A stretch of 64,000 nt of DNA, from assembly GCF_009914755.1 (NCBI RefSeq), contig NC_060943.1; one strand, 5' to 3'. The stretch is from the human T2T-CHM13v2.0 reference genome, Homo sapiens. The notes below the pieces were generated by a model. It worked only from the letters and a program-made list of their open reading frames with translations. It was not told the DNA's origin and did no database searches. A program made the position numbers and the translations under genes. Positions 42,771 to 53,650 of this stretch are shown here, piece by piece (the first letter of the stretch is position 1; every line of letters starts with the position of its first letter).

Positions 42771-45700
42771 GAATTCTCAGTAACTTCCTTGTGTTGTGTG
42801 TATTCAACTCACAGAGTTGAACGATCCTTTACACAGAGCAGACTTGAAACACTCTTTTTGTGGAATTTGCAAGTGGAGATTTCAGCCGCTTTGAGGTCAA
42901 TGGTAGAATAGGAAATATCTTCCTATAGAAACTAGACAGAATGATTCTCAGAAACTCCTTTGTGATGTGTGCGTTCAACTCACAGAGTTTAACCTTTCTT
43001 TTCATAGAGCAGTTGGGAAACACTCTGTTTGTAAAGTCTGCAAGTAGATATTCAGACATCCTTGAGGCTTTCGTTGGAAACGGGATTTCTTCATATTCTG
43101 CTAGAAAGAAGAATTCTCAGTAACTTCCTTGTGTTGTGTGTATTCAACTCACAGAGTTGAACGATCCTTTACACAGAGCAGACTTGAAACACTCTTTTTG
43201 TGGAATTTGCAAGTGGAGATTTCAGCCGCTTTGAGGTCAATGGTAGAATAGGAAATATCTTCCTATAGAAACTAGACAGAATGATTCTCAGAAACTCCTT
43301 TGTGATGTGTGCGTTCAACTCACAGAGTTTAACCTTTCTTTTCATAGAGCAGTTGGGAAACACTCTGTTTGTAAAGTCTGCAAGTGGATATTCAGACATC
43401 CTTGAGGCTTTCGTTGGAAAAGGGATTTCTTCATATTCTGCTAGAAAGAAGAATTCTCAGTAACTTCCTTGTGTTGTGTGTATTCCACTCACAGAGTTGA
43501 ACGATCCTTTACACAGAGCAGACTTGAAACACTCTTTTTGTGGAATTTGCAAGTGGAGATTTCAGCCGCTTTGAGGTCAATGGTAGAATAGGAAATATCT
43601 TCCTATAGAAACTAGACAGAATGATTCTCAGAAACTCCTTTGTGATGTGTGCGTTCAACTCACACAGTTTAACCTTTCTTTTCATAGAGCAGTTAGGAAA
43701 CACTCTGTTTGTAAAGTCTGCAAGTGGATATTCAGACCTCCTTGAGGCCTTCGTTGGAAACGGGATTTCTTCATATTATGCTAGACAGAAGAATTCTCAG
43801 TAACTTCCTTGTGTTGTGTGTATTCAACTCACAGAGTTGAACGATCCTTTACACAGAGCAGACTTGAAACACTCTTTTTGTGGAATTTGCAAGTGGAGAT
43901 TTCAGCCGCTTTGAGGTCAATGGTAGAATATGAAATATCTTCATATAGAAACTAGACAGAATGATTCTCAGAAACTCCTTTGTGATGTGTGCGTTCAACT
44001 CACACAGTTTAACCTTTCTTTTCATAGAGCAGTTAGGAAACACTCTGTTTGTATAGTCTGCAAGTGGATATTCAGACCTCCTTGAGGCATTCGTTGGAAA
44101 CGGGATTTCTTCATATTCTGCTAGACAGAAGAATTCTCAGTAACTTCCTTGTGTTGTGTGTATTCAACTCACAGAGTTGAACGATCCTTTACACAGAGCA
44201 GACTTGAAACACTCTTTTTGTGGAATTTGCAAGTGGAGATTTCAGCCGCTTTGAGTTCAATGGTAGAATAGGAAATATCTTCCTATAGAAACTAGACAGA
44301 ATGCTTCTCAGAAACTCCTTTGTGATGTGTGCGTTCAACTCACAGAGTTCAACCTTTCTTTTCATAGAGCAGTTGGGAAACACTCTGTTTGTAAAGTCTG
44401 CAAGTGGATATTCAGACTTCTTTGAGGCCTTCGTTGGAAGCGGGATTTCTTCATGTTCTGCTAGACAGAAGAATTCTCAGAAACTTCCTTGTGTTGTGTG
44501 TTTTCAACTCACAGAGTTGAACGATCCTTTACACAGAGCAGACTTGAAACACTCCTTTTGTGGAATTTGCAAGTGGAGATTTCAGCCGCTTTGAGGTCAA
44601 TGGTAGAATAGGAAATATCTTCCTATAGAAAGTAGACAGAATGATTCTCAGAAACTCCTTTGTGATGTGTGCGTTCAACTCACAGAGTTTAACCTTTCTT
44701 TTCATAGAGCAGTTAGGAAACACTCTGTTTGTAAAGTCTGCAAGTGGATATTCAGACCTCCTTGAGGCCTTCGTTGGAAACGGGATTTCTTCATATTATG
44801 CTAGACAGAAGAATTCTCAGTAACTTCCTTGTGTTGTGTGTATTCAACTCACAGAGTTGAACGATCCTTTACACAGAGCAGACTTGAAACACTCTTTTTG
44901 TGGAATTTGCAAGTGGAGATTTCAGCCGCTGTGAGTTCAATGGTAGAATAGGAAATATCTTCCTATAGAAACTAGACAGAATGATTCTCAGAAACTCCTT
45001 TGTGATGTGTGCGTTCAACTCACAGAGTTCAACCTTTCTTTTCATAGAGCAGTTGGGAAACACTCTGTTTGTAAAGTCTGCAAGTGGATATTCAGACTTC
45101 TTTGAGGCCTTCGTTGGAAGCGGGATTTCTTCATATTCTGCTAGACAGAAGAATTCTCAGTAACTGCCTTGTGTTGTGTGTATTCAACTCACAGAGTTGA
45201 ACGATCCTTTACACAGAGCAGACTTGAAACACTCTTTTTGTGGAATTTGCAAGTGGAGATTTCAGCCGCTTTGAGGTCAATGGTAGAATAGGAAATATCT
45301 TCCTATAGAAACTAGACAGAATGATTCTCAGAAACTCCTTTGTGATGTGTGCGTTCAACTCACAGAGTTTAACCTTTCTTTTCATAGAGCAGTTAGGAAA
45401 CACTCTGATTGTAAAGTCTGCAAGTGGATATTCAGACCTCCTTGAGGCCTTCGTTGGAAACGGGATTTCTTCATAATCTGCTAGACAGAAGAATTCTCAG
45501 TAACTTCCTTGTGTTGTGTGTATTCAACTCACAGAGTTGAACGATCCTTTACACAGAGCAGACTTGAAACACTCTTTTTGTGGAATTTGCAAGTGGAGAT
45601 TTCAGCCGCTCTGAGGTCAATGGTAGAATAGGAAATATCTTCCTATAGAAAATAGACAGAATGATTCTCAGAAACTCCTTTGTGATGTGTGCGTTCAACT

Positions 45701-46510
45701 CACAGAGTTCAACCTTTCTTTTCATAGAGCAGTTGGGAAACACTCTGTTTGTAAAGTCTGCAAGTGGATATTCAGACTTCTTTGAGGCCTTCGTTGGAAG
45801 CGGGATTTCTTCATATTCTGCTAGACAGAAGAATTCTCAGTAACTGCCTTGTGTTGTGTGTATTCAACTCACAGAGTTGAACGATCCTTTACACAGAGCA
45901 GACTTGAAACACTCTTTTTGTGGAATTTGCAAGTGGAGATTTCAGCCGCTTTGAGGTCAATGGTAGAATAGGAAATATCTTCCTATAGAAACTAGACAGA
46001 ATGATTCTCAGAAACTCCTTTGTGATGTGTGCGTTCAACTCACAGAGTTTACCCTTTCTTTTCATAGAGCAGTTAGGAAACACTCTGTTTGTAAAGTCTG
46101 CAAGTGGATATTCAGACATCCTTGAGGCTTTCGTTGGAAACGGGATTTCTTCATATTCTGCCAGAAAGAAGAATTCTCAGTAACTTCCTTGTGTTGTGTG
46201 TATTCAACTCACAGAGTTGAACGATCCTTTACACAGAGCAGACTTGAAACACACTTTTTGTGGAATTTGCAAGTGGAGATTTCAGCCGCTTTGAGGTCAA
46301 TGGTAGAATAGGAAATATCTTCCTATAGAAACTAGACAGAATGATTCTCAGAAACTCCTTTGTGATGTGTGCGTTCAACTCACAGAGTTTAACCTTTCTT
46401 TTCATAGAGCAGTTAGGAAACACTCTGTTTGTACAGTCTGCAAGTGGATATTCAGACATCCTTGAGGCTTTCGTTGGAAACGGGATTTCTTCATATTCTG
46501 CTAGACAGAA

Positions 46511-47525
46511 GAATTCTCAGTAACTTCCTTCTGTTGTGTGTATTCAACTCACAGAGTTGAACGATCCTTTACACAGAGCAGTCTTGAAACACTCTTTTTG
46601 TGGAATTTGCAAGTGGAGATTTCAGCCGCTTTGTGGTCAATGGTAGAATAGGAAATATCTTCCTATAGAAACTAGACAGAATGATTCTCAGAAACTCCTT
46701 TGTGATGTGTGCGTTCAACTCACAGAGTTTAACCTTTCTTTTCATAGAGCAGTTAGGAAACACTCTGTTTGTAAAGTCTGCATGTGGATATTTGGACTTC
46801 TTTGAGGCCTTCGTTGGAAACGGGTTTTTTTCATGTAAGGCTAGACAGAAGAATTCTCAGTAACTTCCTTGTGTTGTGTGTATTCAAATGACAGAGTTGA
46901 ACTTTCATTTAGAGAGAGCAGATTTGAAACACTGTTTTTGTGGAATTTGCAAGTGAAGATTTCAAGCGCTTTGGGGCCAAAGGCAGAAAAGGAAATATCT
47001 TCGTATAAAAACTAGACAGAATCATTCTCAGAAACTGCTCTGTGATGTGTGCGTACAACTCTCAGAGTTTAACTTTTCTTTTCATTCAGCAGTTTGGAAA
47101 CACTCTGTAAAGTCTGCACGTAGATATTTTGACCACTTAGAGGCCTTCGTTGGAAACGGGTTTTTTTCATGTAAGGCTAGACAGAAGAATTCCCAGTAAC
47201 TTCCTTGTGTTGTGTGCATTCAACTCACAGAGATGAACGTTCCCTTAGACAGAGCAGATTTGAAACACTCTATTTGTGTAATTTGCAAGTGTAGATTTCA
47301 AGCGCTTTAAGGTCAATGGCAGAAAAGGATATATCTCCGTTTCAAAACTAGACAGAATCATTCCCACAAACTGCGTTGTGATGTGTTCGTTCAACTCACA
47401 GAGTTTAACCTTTCTGTTCATAGAGCAGTTAGGAAACACTCTGTTTGTAAAGTCTGTAAGTGGATATTCTGACATCTTGTGGCCTTCGTTGGAAACGGGA
47501 TTTCTTCATATTATGCTAGAAAGAA
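46511..47525 (+). repeat. Divergent 6-monomer HOR unit, copy 2 (1,015 bp)
   Basis: Near-identical to 41756-42770 at offset 4755 bp; I see about four single-base differences. Confidence 0.88.
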
Positions 47526-50259
47526 GAATTCTCAGTAACTTCCTTGTGTTGTGTGTATTCAACTCACAGAGTTGAACGATCCTTTACACAGAGCAGACTT
47601 GAAACACTCTTTTTGTGGAATTTGCAAGTGGAGATTTCAGCCGCTTTGAGGTCAATGGTAGAATAGGAAATATCTTCCTATAGAAACTAGACAGAATGAT
47701 TCTCAGAAACTCCTTTGTGATGTGTGCGTTCAACTCACAGAGTTTAACCTTTCTTTTCATAGAGCAGTTGGGAAACACTCTGTTTGTAAAGTCTGCAAGT
47801 AGATATTCAGACATCCTTGAGGCTTTCGTTGGAAACGGGATTTCTTCATATTCTGCTAGAAAGAAGAATTCTCAGTAACTTCCTTGTGTTGTGGGTATTC
47901 AACTCACAGAGTTGAACGATCCTTTACACAGAGCAGACTTGAAACACTCTTTTTGTGGAATTTGCAAGTGGAGATTTCAGCCGCTTTGAGGTCAATGGTA
48001 GAATAGGAAATATCTTCCTATAGAAACTAGACAGAATGATTCTCAGAAACTCCTTTGTGATGTGTGCGTTCAACTCACAGAGTTTAACCTTTCTTTTCAT
48101 AGAGCAGTTGGGAAACACTCTGTTTGTAAAGTCTGCAAGTGGATATTCAGACATCCTTGAGGCTTTCGTTGGAAAAGGGATTTCTTCATATTCTGCTAGA
48201 AAGAAGAATTCTCAGTAACTTCCTTGTGTTGTGTGTATTCAACTCACAGAGTTGAACGATCCTTTACACAGAGCAGACTTGAAACACTCTTTTTGTGGAA
48301 TTTGCAAGTGGAGATTTCAGCCGCTTTGAGGTCAATGGTAGAATAGGAAATATCTTCCTATAGAAACTAGACAGAATGATTCTCAGAAACTCCTTTGTGA
48401 TGTGTGCGTTCAACTCACACAGTTTAACCTTTCTTTTCATAGAGCAGTTAGGAAACACTCTGTTTGTAAAGTCTGCAAGTGGATATTCAGACCTCCTTGA
48501 GGCCTTCGTTGGAAACGGGATTTCTTCATATTATGCTAGACAGAAGAATTCTCAGTAACTTCCTTGTGTTGTGTGTATTCAACTCACAGAGTTGAACGAT
48601 CCTTTACACAGAGCAGACTTGAAACACTCTTTTTGTGGAATTTGCAAGTGGAGATTTCAGCCGCTTTGAGTTCAATGGTAGAATAGGAAATATCTTCCTA
48701 TAGAAAGTAGACAGAATGCTTCTCAGAAACTCCTTTGTGATGTGTGCGTTCAACTCACAGAGTTCAACCTTTCTTTTCATAGAGCAGTTGGGAAACACTC
48801 TGTTTGTAAAGTCTGCAAGTGGATATTCAGACTTCTTTGAGTCCTTCGTTGGAAGCGGGATTTCTTCATGTTCTGCTAGACAGAAGAATTCTCAGAAACT
48901 TCCTTGTGTTGTGTGTTTTCAACTCACAGAGTTGAACGATCCTTTACACAGAGCAGACTTGAAACACTCCTTTTGTGGAATTTGCAAGTGGAGATTTCAG
49001 CCGCTTTGAGGTCAATGGTAGAATAGGAAATATCTTCCTATAGAAAGTAGACAGAATGATTCTCAGAAACTCCTTTGTGATGTGTGCGTTCAACTCACAG
49101 AGTTTAACCTTTCTTTTCATAGAGCAGTTAGGAAACACTCTGTTTGTAAAGTCTGCAAGTGGATATTCAGACCTCCTTGAGGCCTTCGTTGGAAACGGGA
49201 TTTCTTCATATTATGCTAGACAGAAGAATTCTCAGTAACTTCCTTGTGTTGTGTGTATTCAACTCACAGAGTTGAACGATCCTTTACACAGAGCAGACTT
49301 GAAACACTCTTTTTGTGGAATTTGCAAGTGGAGATTTCAGCCGCTGTGAGTTCAATGGTAGAATAGGAAATATCTTCCTATAGAAACTAGACAGAATGAT
49401 TCTCAGAAACTCCTTTGTGATGTGTGCGTTCAACTCACAGAGTTCAACCTTTCTTTTCATAGAGCAGTTGGGAAACACTCTGTTTGTAAAGTCTGCAAGT
49501 GGATATTCAGACTTCTTTGAGGCCTTCGGTGGAAGCGGGATTTCTTCATATTCTGCTAGACAGAAGAATTCTCAGTAACTGCCTTGTGTTGTGTGTATTC
49601 AACTCACAGAGTTGAACGATCCTTTACACAGAGCAGACTTGAAACACTCTTTTTGTGGAATTTGCAAGTGGAGATTTCAGCCGCTTTGAGGTCAATGGTA
49701 GAATAGGAAATATCTTCCTATAGAAACTAGACAGAATGATTCTCAGAAACTCCTTTGTGATGTGTGCGTTCAACTCACAGAGTTTAACCTTTCTTTTCAT
49801 AGAGCAGTTAGGAAACACTCTGATTGTAAAGTCTGCAAGTGGATATTCAGACCTCCTTGAGGCCTTCGTTGGAAACGGGATTTCTTCATATTCTGCTAGA
49901 CAGAAGAATTCTCAGTAACTTCCTTGTGTTGTGTGTATTCAACTCACAGAGTTGAACGATCCTTTACACAGAGCAGACTTGAAACACTCTTTTTGTGGAA
50001 TTTGCAAGTGGAGATTTCAGCCGCTCTGAGGTCAATGGTAGAATAGGAAATATCTTCCTATAGAAAATAGACAGAATGATTCTCAGAAACTCCTTTGTGA
50101 TGTGTGCGTTCAACTCACAGAGTTTAACCTTTCTTTTCATAGAGCAGTTGGGAAACACCCTGTTTGTACAGTCTGCAAGTGGATATTCAGACATCCTTGA
50201 GGCTTTCGTTGGAAGCGGGATTTCTTCATATTCTGCTAGACAGAAGAATTCTCAGTAAC

Positions 50260-53200
50260 TGCCTTGTGTTGTGTGTATTCAACTCACAGAGTTGAACGAT
50301 CCTTTACACAGAGCAGACTTGAAACACTCTTTTTGTGGAATTTGCAAGTGGAGATTTCAGCCGCTTTGAGGTCAATGGTAGAATAGGAAATATCTTCCTA
50401 TAGAAACTAGACAGAATGATTCTCAGAAACTCCTTTGTGATGTGTGCGTTCAACTCACAGAGTTTACCCTTTCTTTTCATAGAGCAGTTAGGAAACACTC
50501 TGTTTGTAAAGTCTGCAAGTGGATATTCAGACATCCTTGAGGCTTTCGTTGGAAACGGGATTTCCTCATATTCTGCCAGAAAGAAGAATTCTCAGTAACT
50601 TCCTTGTGTTGTGTGTATTCAACTCACAGAGTTGAACGATCCTTTACACAGAGCAGACTTGAAACACTCTTTTTGTGGAATTTGCAAGTGGAGATTTCAG
50701 CCGCTTTGAGGTCAATGGTAGAATAGGAAATATCTTCCTATAGAAACTAGACAGAATGATTCTGTGAAACTCCTTTGTGATGTGTGCGTTCAACTCACAG
50801 AGTTTAACCTTTCTTTTCATAGAGCAGTTAGGAAACACTCTGTTTGTACAGTCTGCAAGTGGATATTCAGACATCCTTGAGGCTTTCGTTGGAAACGGGA
50901 TTTCTTCATATTCTGCTAGAAAGAAGAATTCTCAGTAACTTCCTTGTGTTGTGTGTATTCAACTCACAGAGTTGAACGATCCTTTACACAGAGCAGACTT
51001 GAAACACTCTTTTTGTGGAATTTGCAAGTGGAGATTTCAGCCGCTGTGAGGTCAATGGTAGAATAGGAAATATCTTCCTATAGAAACTAGACAGAATGAT
51101 TCTCAGAAACTCCTTTGTGATGTGTGCGTTCAACTCACAGAGTTTAACCTTTCTTTTCATAGAGCAGTTGGGAAACACTCTGTTTGTAAAGTCTGCAAGT
51201 GGATATTCAGACATCCTTGAGGCTTTCGTTGGAAACGGGATTTCTTCATATTCTGCTAGAAAGAAGAATTCTCAGTAACTTCCTTGTGTTGTGTGTATTC
51301 AACTCACAGAGTTGAACGATCCTTTACACAGAGCAGACTTGAAACACTCTTTTTGTGGAATTTGCAAGTGGAGATTTCAGCCGCTTTGAGTTCAATGGTA
51401 GAATAGGAAATATCTTCCTATAGAAACTAGACAGAATGATTCTCAGAAACTCCTTTGTGATGTGTGCGTTCAACTCACAGAGTTCAACCTTTCTTTTCAT
51501 AGAGCAGTTGGGAAACACTCTGTTTGTAAAGTCTGCAAGTGGATATTCAGACTTCTTTGAGGCCTTCGTTGGAAGCGGGATTTCTTCATATTCTGCTAGA
51601 CAGAAGAATTCTCAGTAACTTCCTTGTGTTGTGTGTATTCAACTCACAGAGTTGAACGATCCTTTACACAGAGCAGACTTGAAACACTCTTTTTGTGGAA
51701 TTTGCAAGTGGAGATTTCAGCCGCTTTGAGGTCAATGGTAGAATAGGAAATATCTTCCTATAGAAACTAGACAGAATGATTCTCAGAAACTCCTTTGTGA
51801 TGTGTGCGTTCAACTCACAGAGTTTAACCTTTCTTTTCATAGAGCAGTTAGGAAACACTCTGTTTGTAAAGTCTGCAAGTGGATATTCAGACATCCTTGA
51901 GGCTTTCGTTGGAAACGGGATTTCTTCATATTATGCTAGACAGAAGAATTCTCAGTAACTTCCTTGTGTTGTGTGTATTCAACTCACAGAGTTGAACGAT
52001 CCTTTACACAGAGCAGACTTGAAACACTCTTTTTGTGGAATTTGCAAGTGGAGATTTCAGCCGCTTTGAGTTCAATGGTAGAATAGGAAATATCTTCCTA
52101 TAGAAACTAGACAGAATGATTCTCAGAAACTCCTTTGTGATGTGTGCGTTCAACTCACAGAGTTCAACCTTTCTTTTCATAGAGCAGTTGGGAAACACTC
52201 TGTTTGTAAAGTCTGCAAGTGGATATTCAGACTTCTTTGAGGCCTTCGTTGGAAGCGGGATTTCTTCATATTCTGCTAGAAAGAAGAATTCTCAGTAACT
52301 GCCTTGTGTTGTGTGTATTCAACTCACAGAGTTGAACGATCCTTTACACAGAGCAGACTTGAAACACTCTTTTTGTGGAATTTGCAAGTGGAGATTTCAG
52401 CCGCTTTGAGGTCAATGGTAGAATAGGAAATATCTTCCTATAGAAACTAGACAGAATGATTCTCAGAAACTCCTTTGTGATGTGTGCGTTCAACTCACAG
52501 AGTTTACCCTTTCTTTTCATAGAGCAGTTAGGAAACACTCTGTTTGTAAAGTCTGCAAGTGGATATTCAGACATCCTTGAGGCTTTCGTTGGAAACGGGA
52601 TTTCCTCATATTCTGCCAGAAAGAAGAATTCTCAGTAACTTCCTTGTGTTGTGTGTATTCAACTCACAGAGTTGAACGATCCTTTACACAGAGCAGACTT
52701 GAAACACTCTTTTTGTGGAATTTGCAAGTGGAGATTTCAGCCGCTTTGAGGTCAATGGTAGAATAGGAAATATCTTCCTATAGAAACTAGACAGAATGAT
52801 TCTGTGAAACTCCTTTGTGATGTGTGCGTTCAACTCACAGAGTTTAACCTTTCTTTTCATAGAGCAGTTAGGAAACACTCTGTTTGTACAGTCTGCAAGT
52901 GGATATTCAGACATCCTTGAGGCTTTCGTTGGAAACGGGATTTCTTCATATTCTGCTAGAAAGAAGAATTCTCAGTAACTTCCTTGTGTTGTGTGTATTC
53001 AACTCACAGAGTTGAACGATCCTTTACACAGAGCAGACTTGAAACACTCTTTTTGTGGAATTTGCAAGTGGAGATTTCAGCCGCTGTGAGGTCAATGGTA
53101 GAATAGGAAATATCTTCCTATAGAAACTAGACAGAATGATTCTCAGAAACTCCTTTGTGATGTGTGCGTTCAACTCACAGAGTTTAACCTTTCTTTTCAT

Positions 53201-53650
53201 AGAGCAGTTGGGAAACACTCTGTTTGTAAAGTCTGCAAGTGGATATTCAGACATCCTTGAGGCTTTCGTTGGAAACGGGATTTCTTCATATTCTGCTAGA
53301 AAGAAGAATTCTCAGTAACTTCCTTGTGTTGTGTGTATTCAACTCACAGAGTTGAACGATCCTTTACACAGAGCAGACTTGAAACACTCTTTTTGTGGAA
53401 TTTGCAAGTGGAGATTTCAGCCGCTTTGAGTTCAATGGTAGAATAGGAAATATCTTCCTATAGAAACTAGACAGAATGATTCTCAGAAACTCCTTTGTGA
53501 TGTGTGCGTTCAACTCACAGAGTTCAACCTTTCTTTTCATAGAGCAGTTGGGAAACACTCTGTTTGTAAAGTCTGCAAGTGGATATTCAGACTTCTTTGA
53601 GGCCTTCGTTGGAAGCGGGATTTCTTCATATTCTGCTAGACAGAAGAATT
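50260..53650 (+). repeat. Local duplication, offset 2040 bp (6 dimers): ~50260-51610 repeated at ~52300-53650
   Basis: TTTCCTCATA plus GCCAGA, the dinucleotide change TCTGTGAAAC (50764/52804), GTACAG and CGCTGTG recur at +2040. Confidence 0.82.

Larger units (their letters stand above)
39550..48560 (+). repeat. Near-tandem duplication, period 4755 bp, carrying the hexamer island; a third partial copy without the island lies at ~48604-50640
   Basis: CTGATT, CGCTCTGAG, GAAAATAG, AACACACT, GCAGTCTTG, the island, AAGTAGA and the mutated box (43421/48176) all recur at +4755. AATGCTT (44304/48719) marks the third copy at +4415. Confidence 0.88.

Noticed and set aside
37597-47107. 4-bp deletions at 37597, ~42352 and ~47107 are each 4755 bp apart, suggesting a triple tandem repeat
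   Set aside because: The units following 37597 do not match those following 42352, so the first interval is probably a coincidence of 14 units minus 5 bp.
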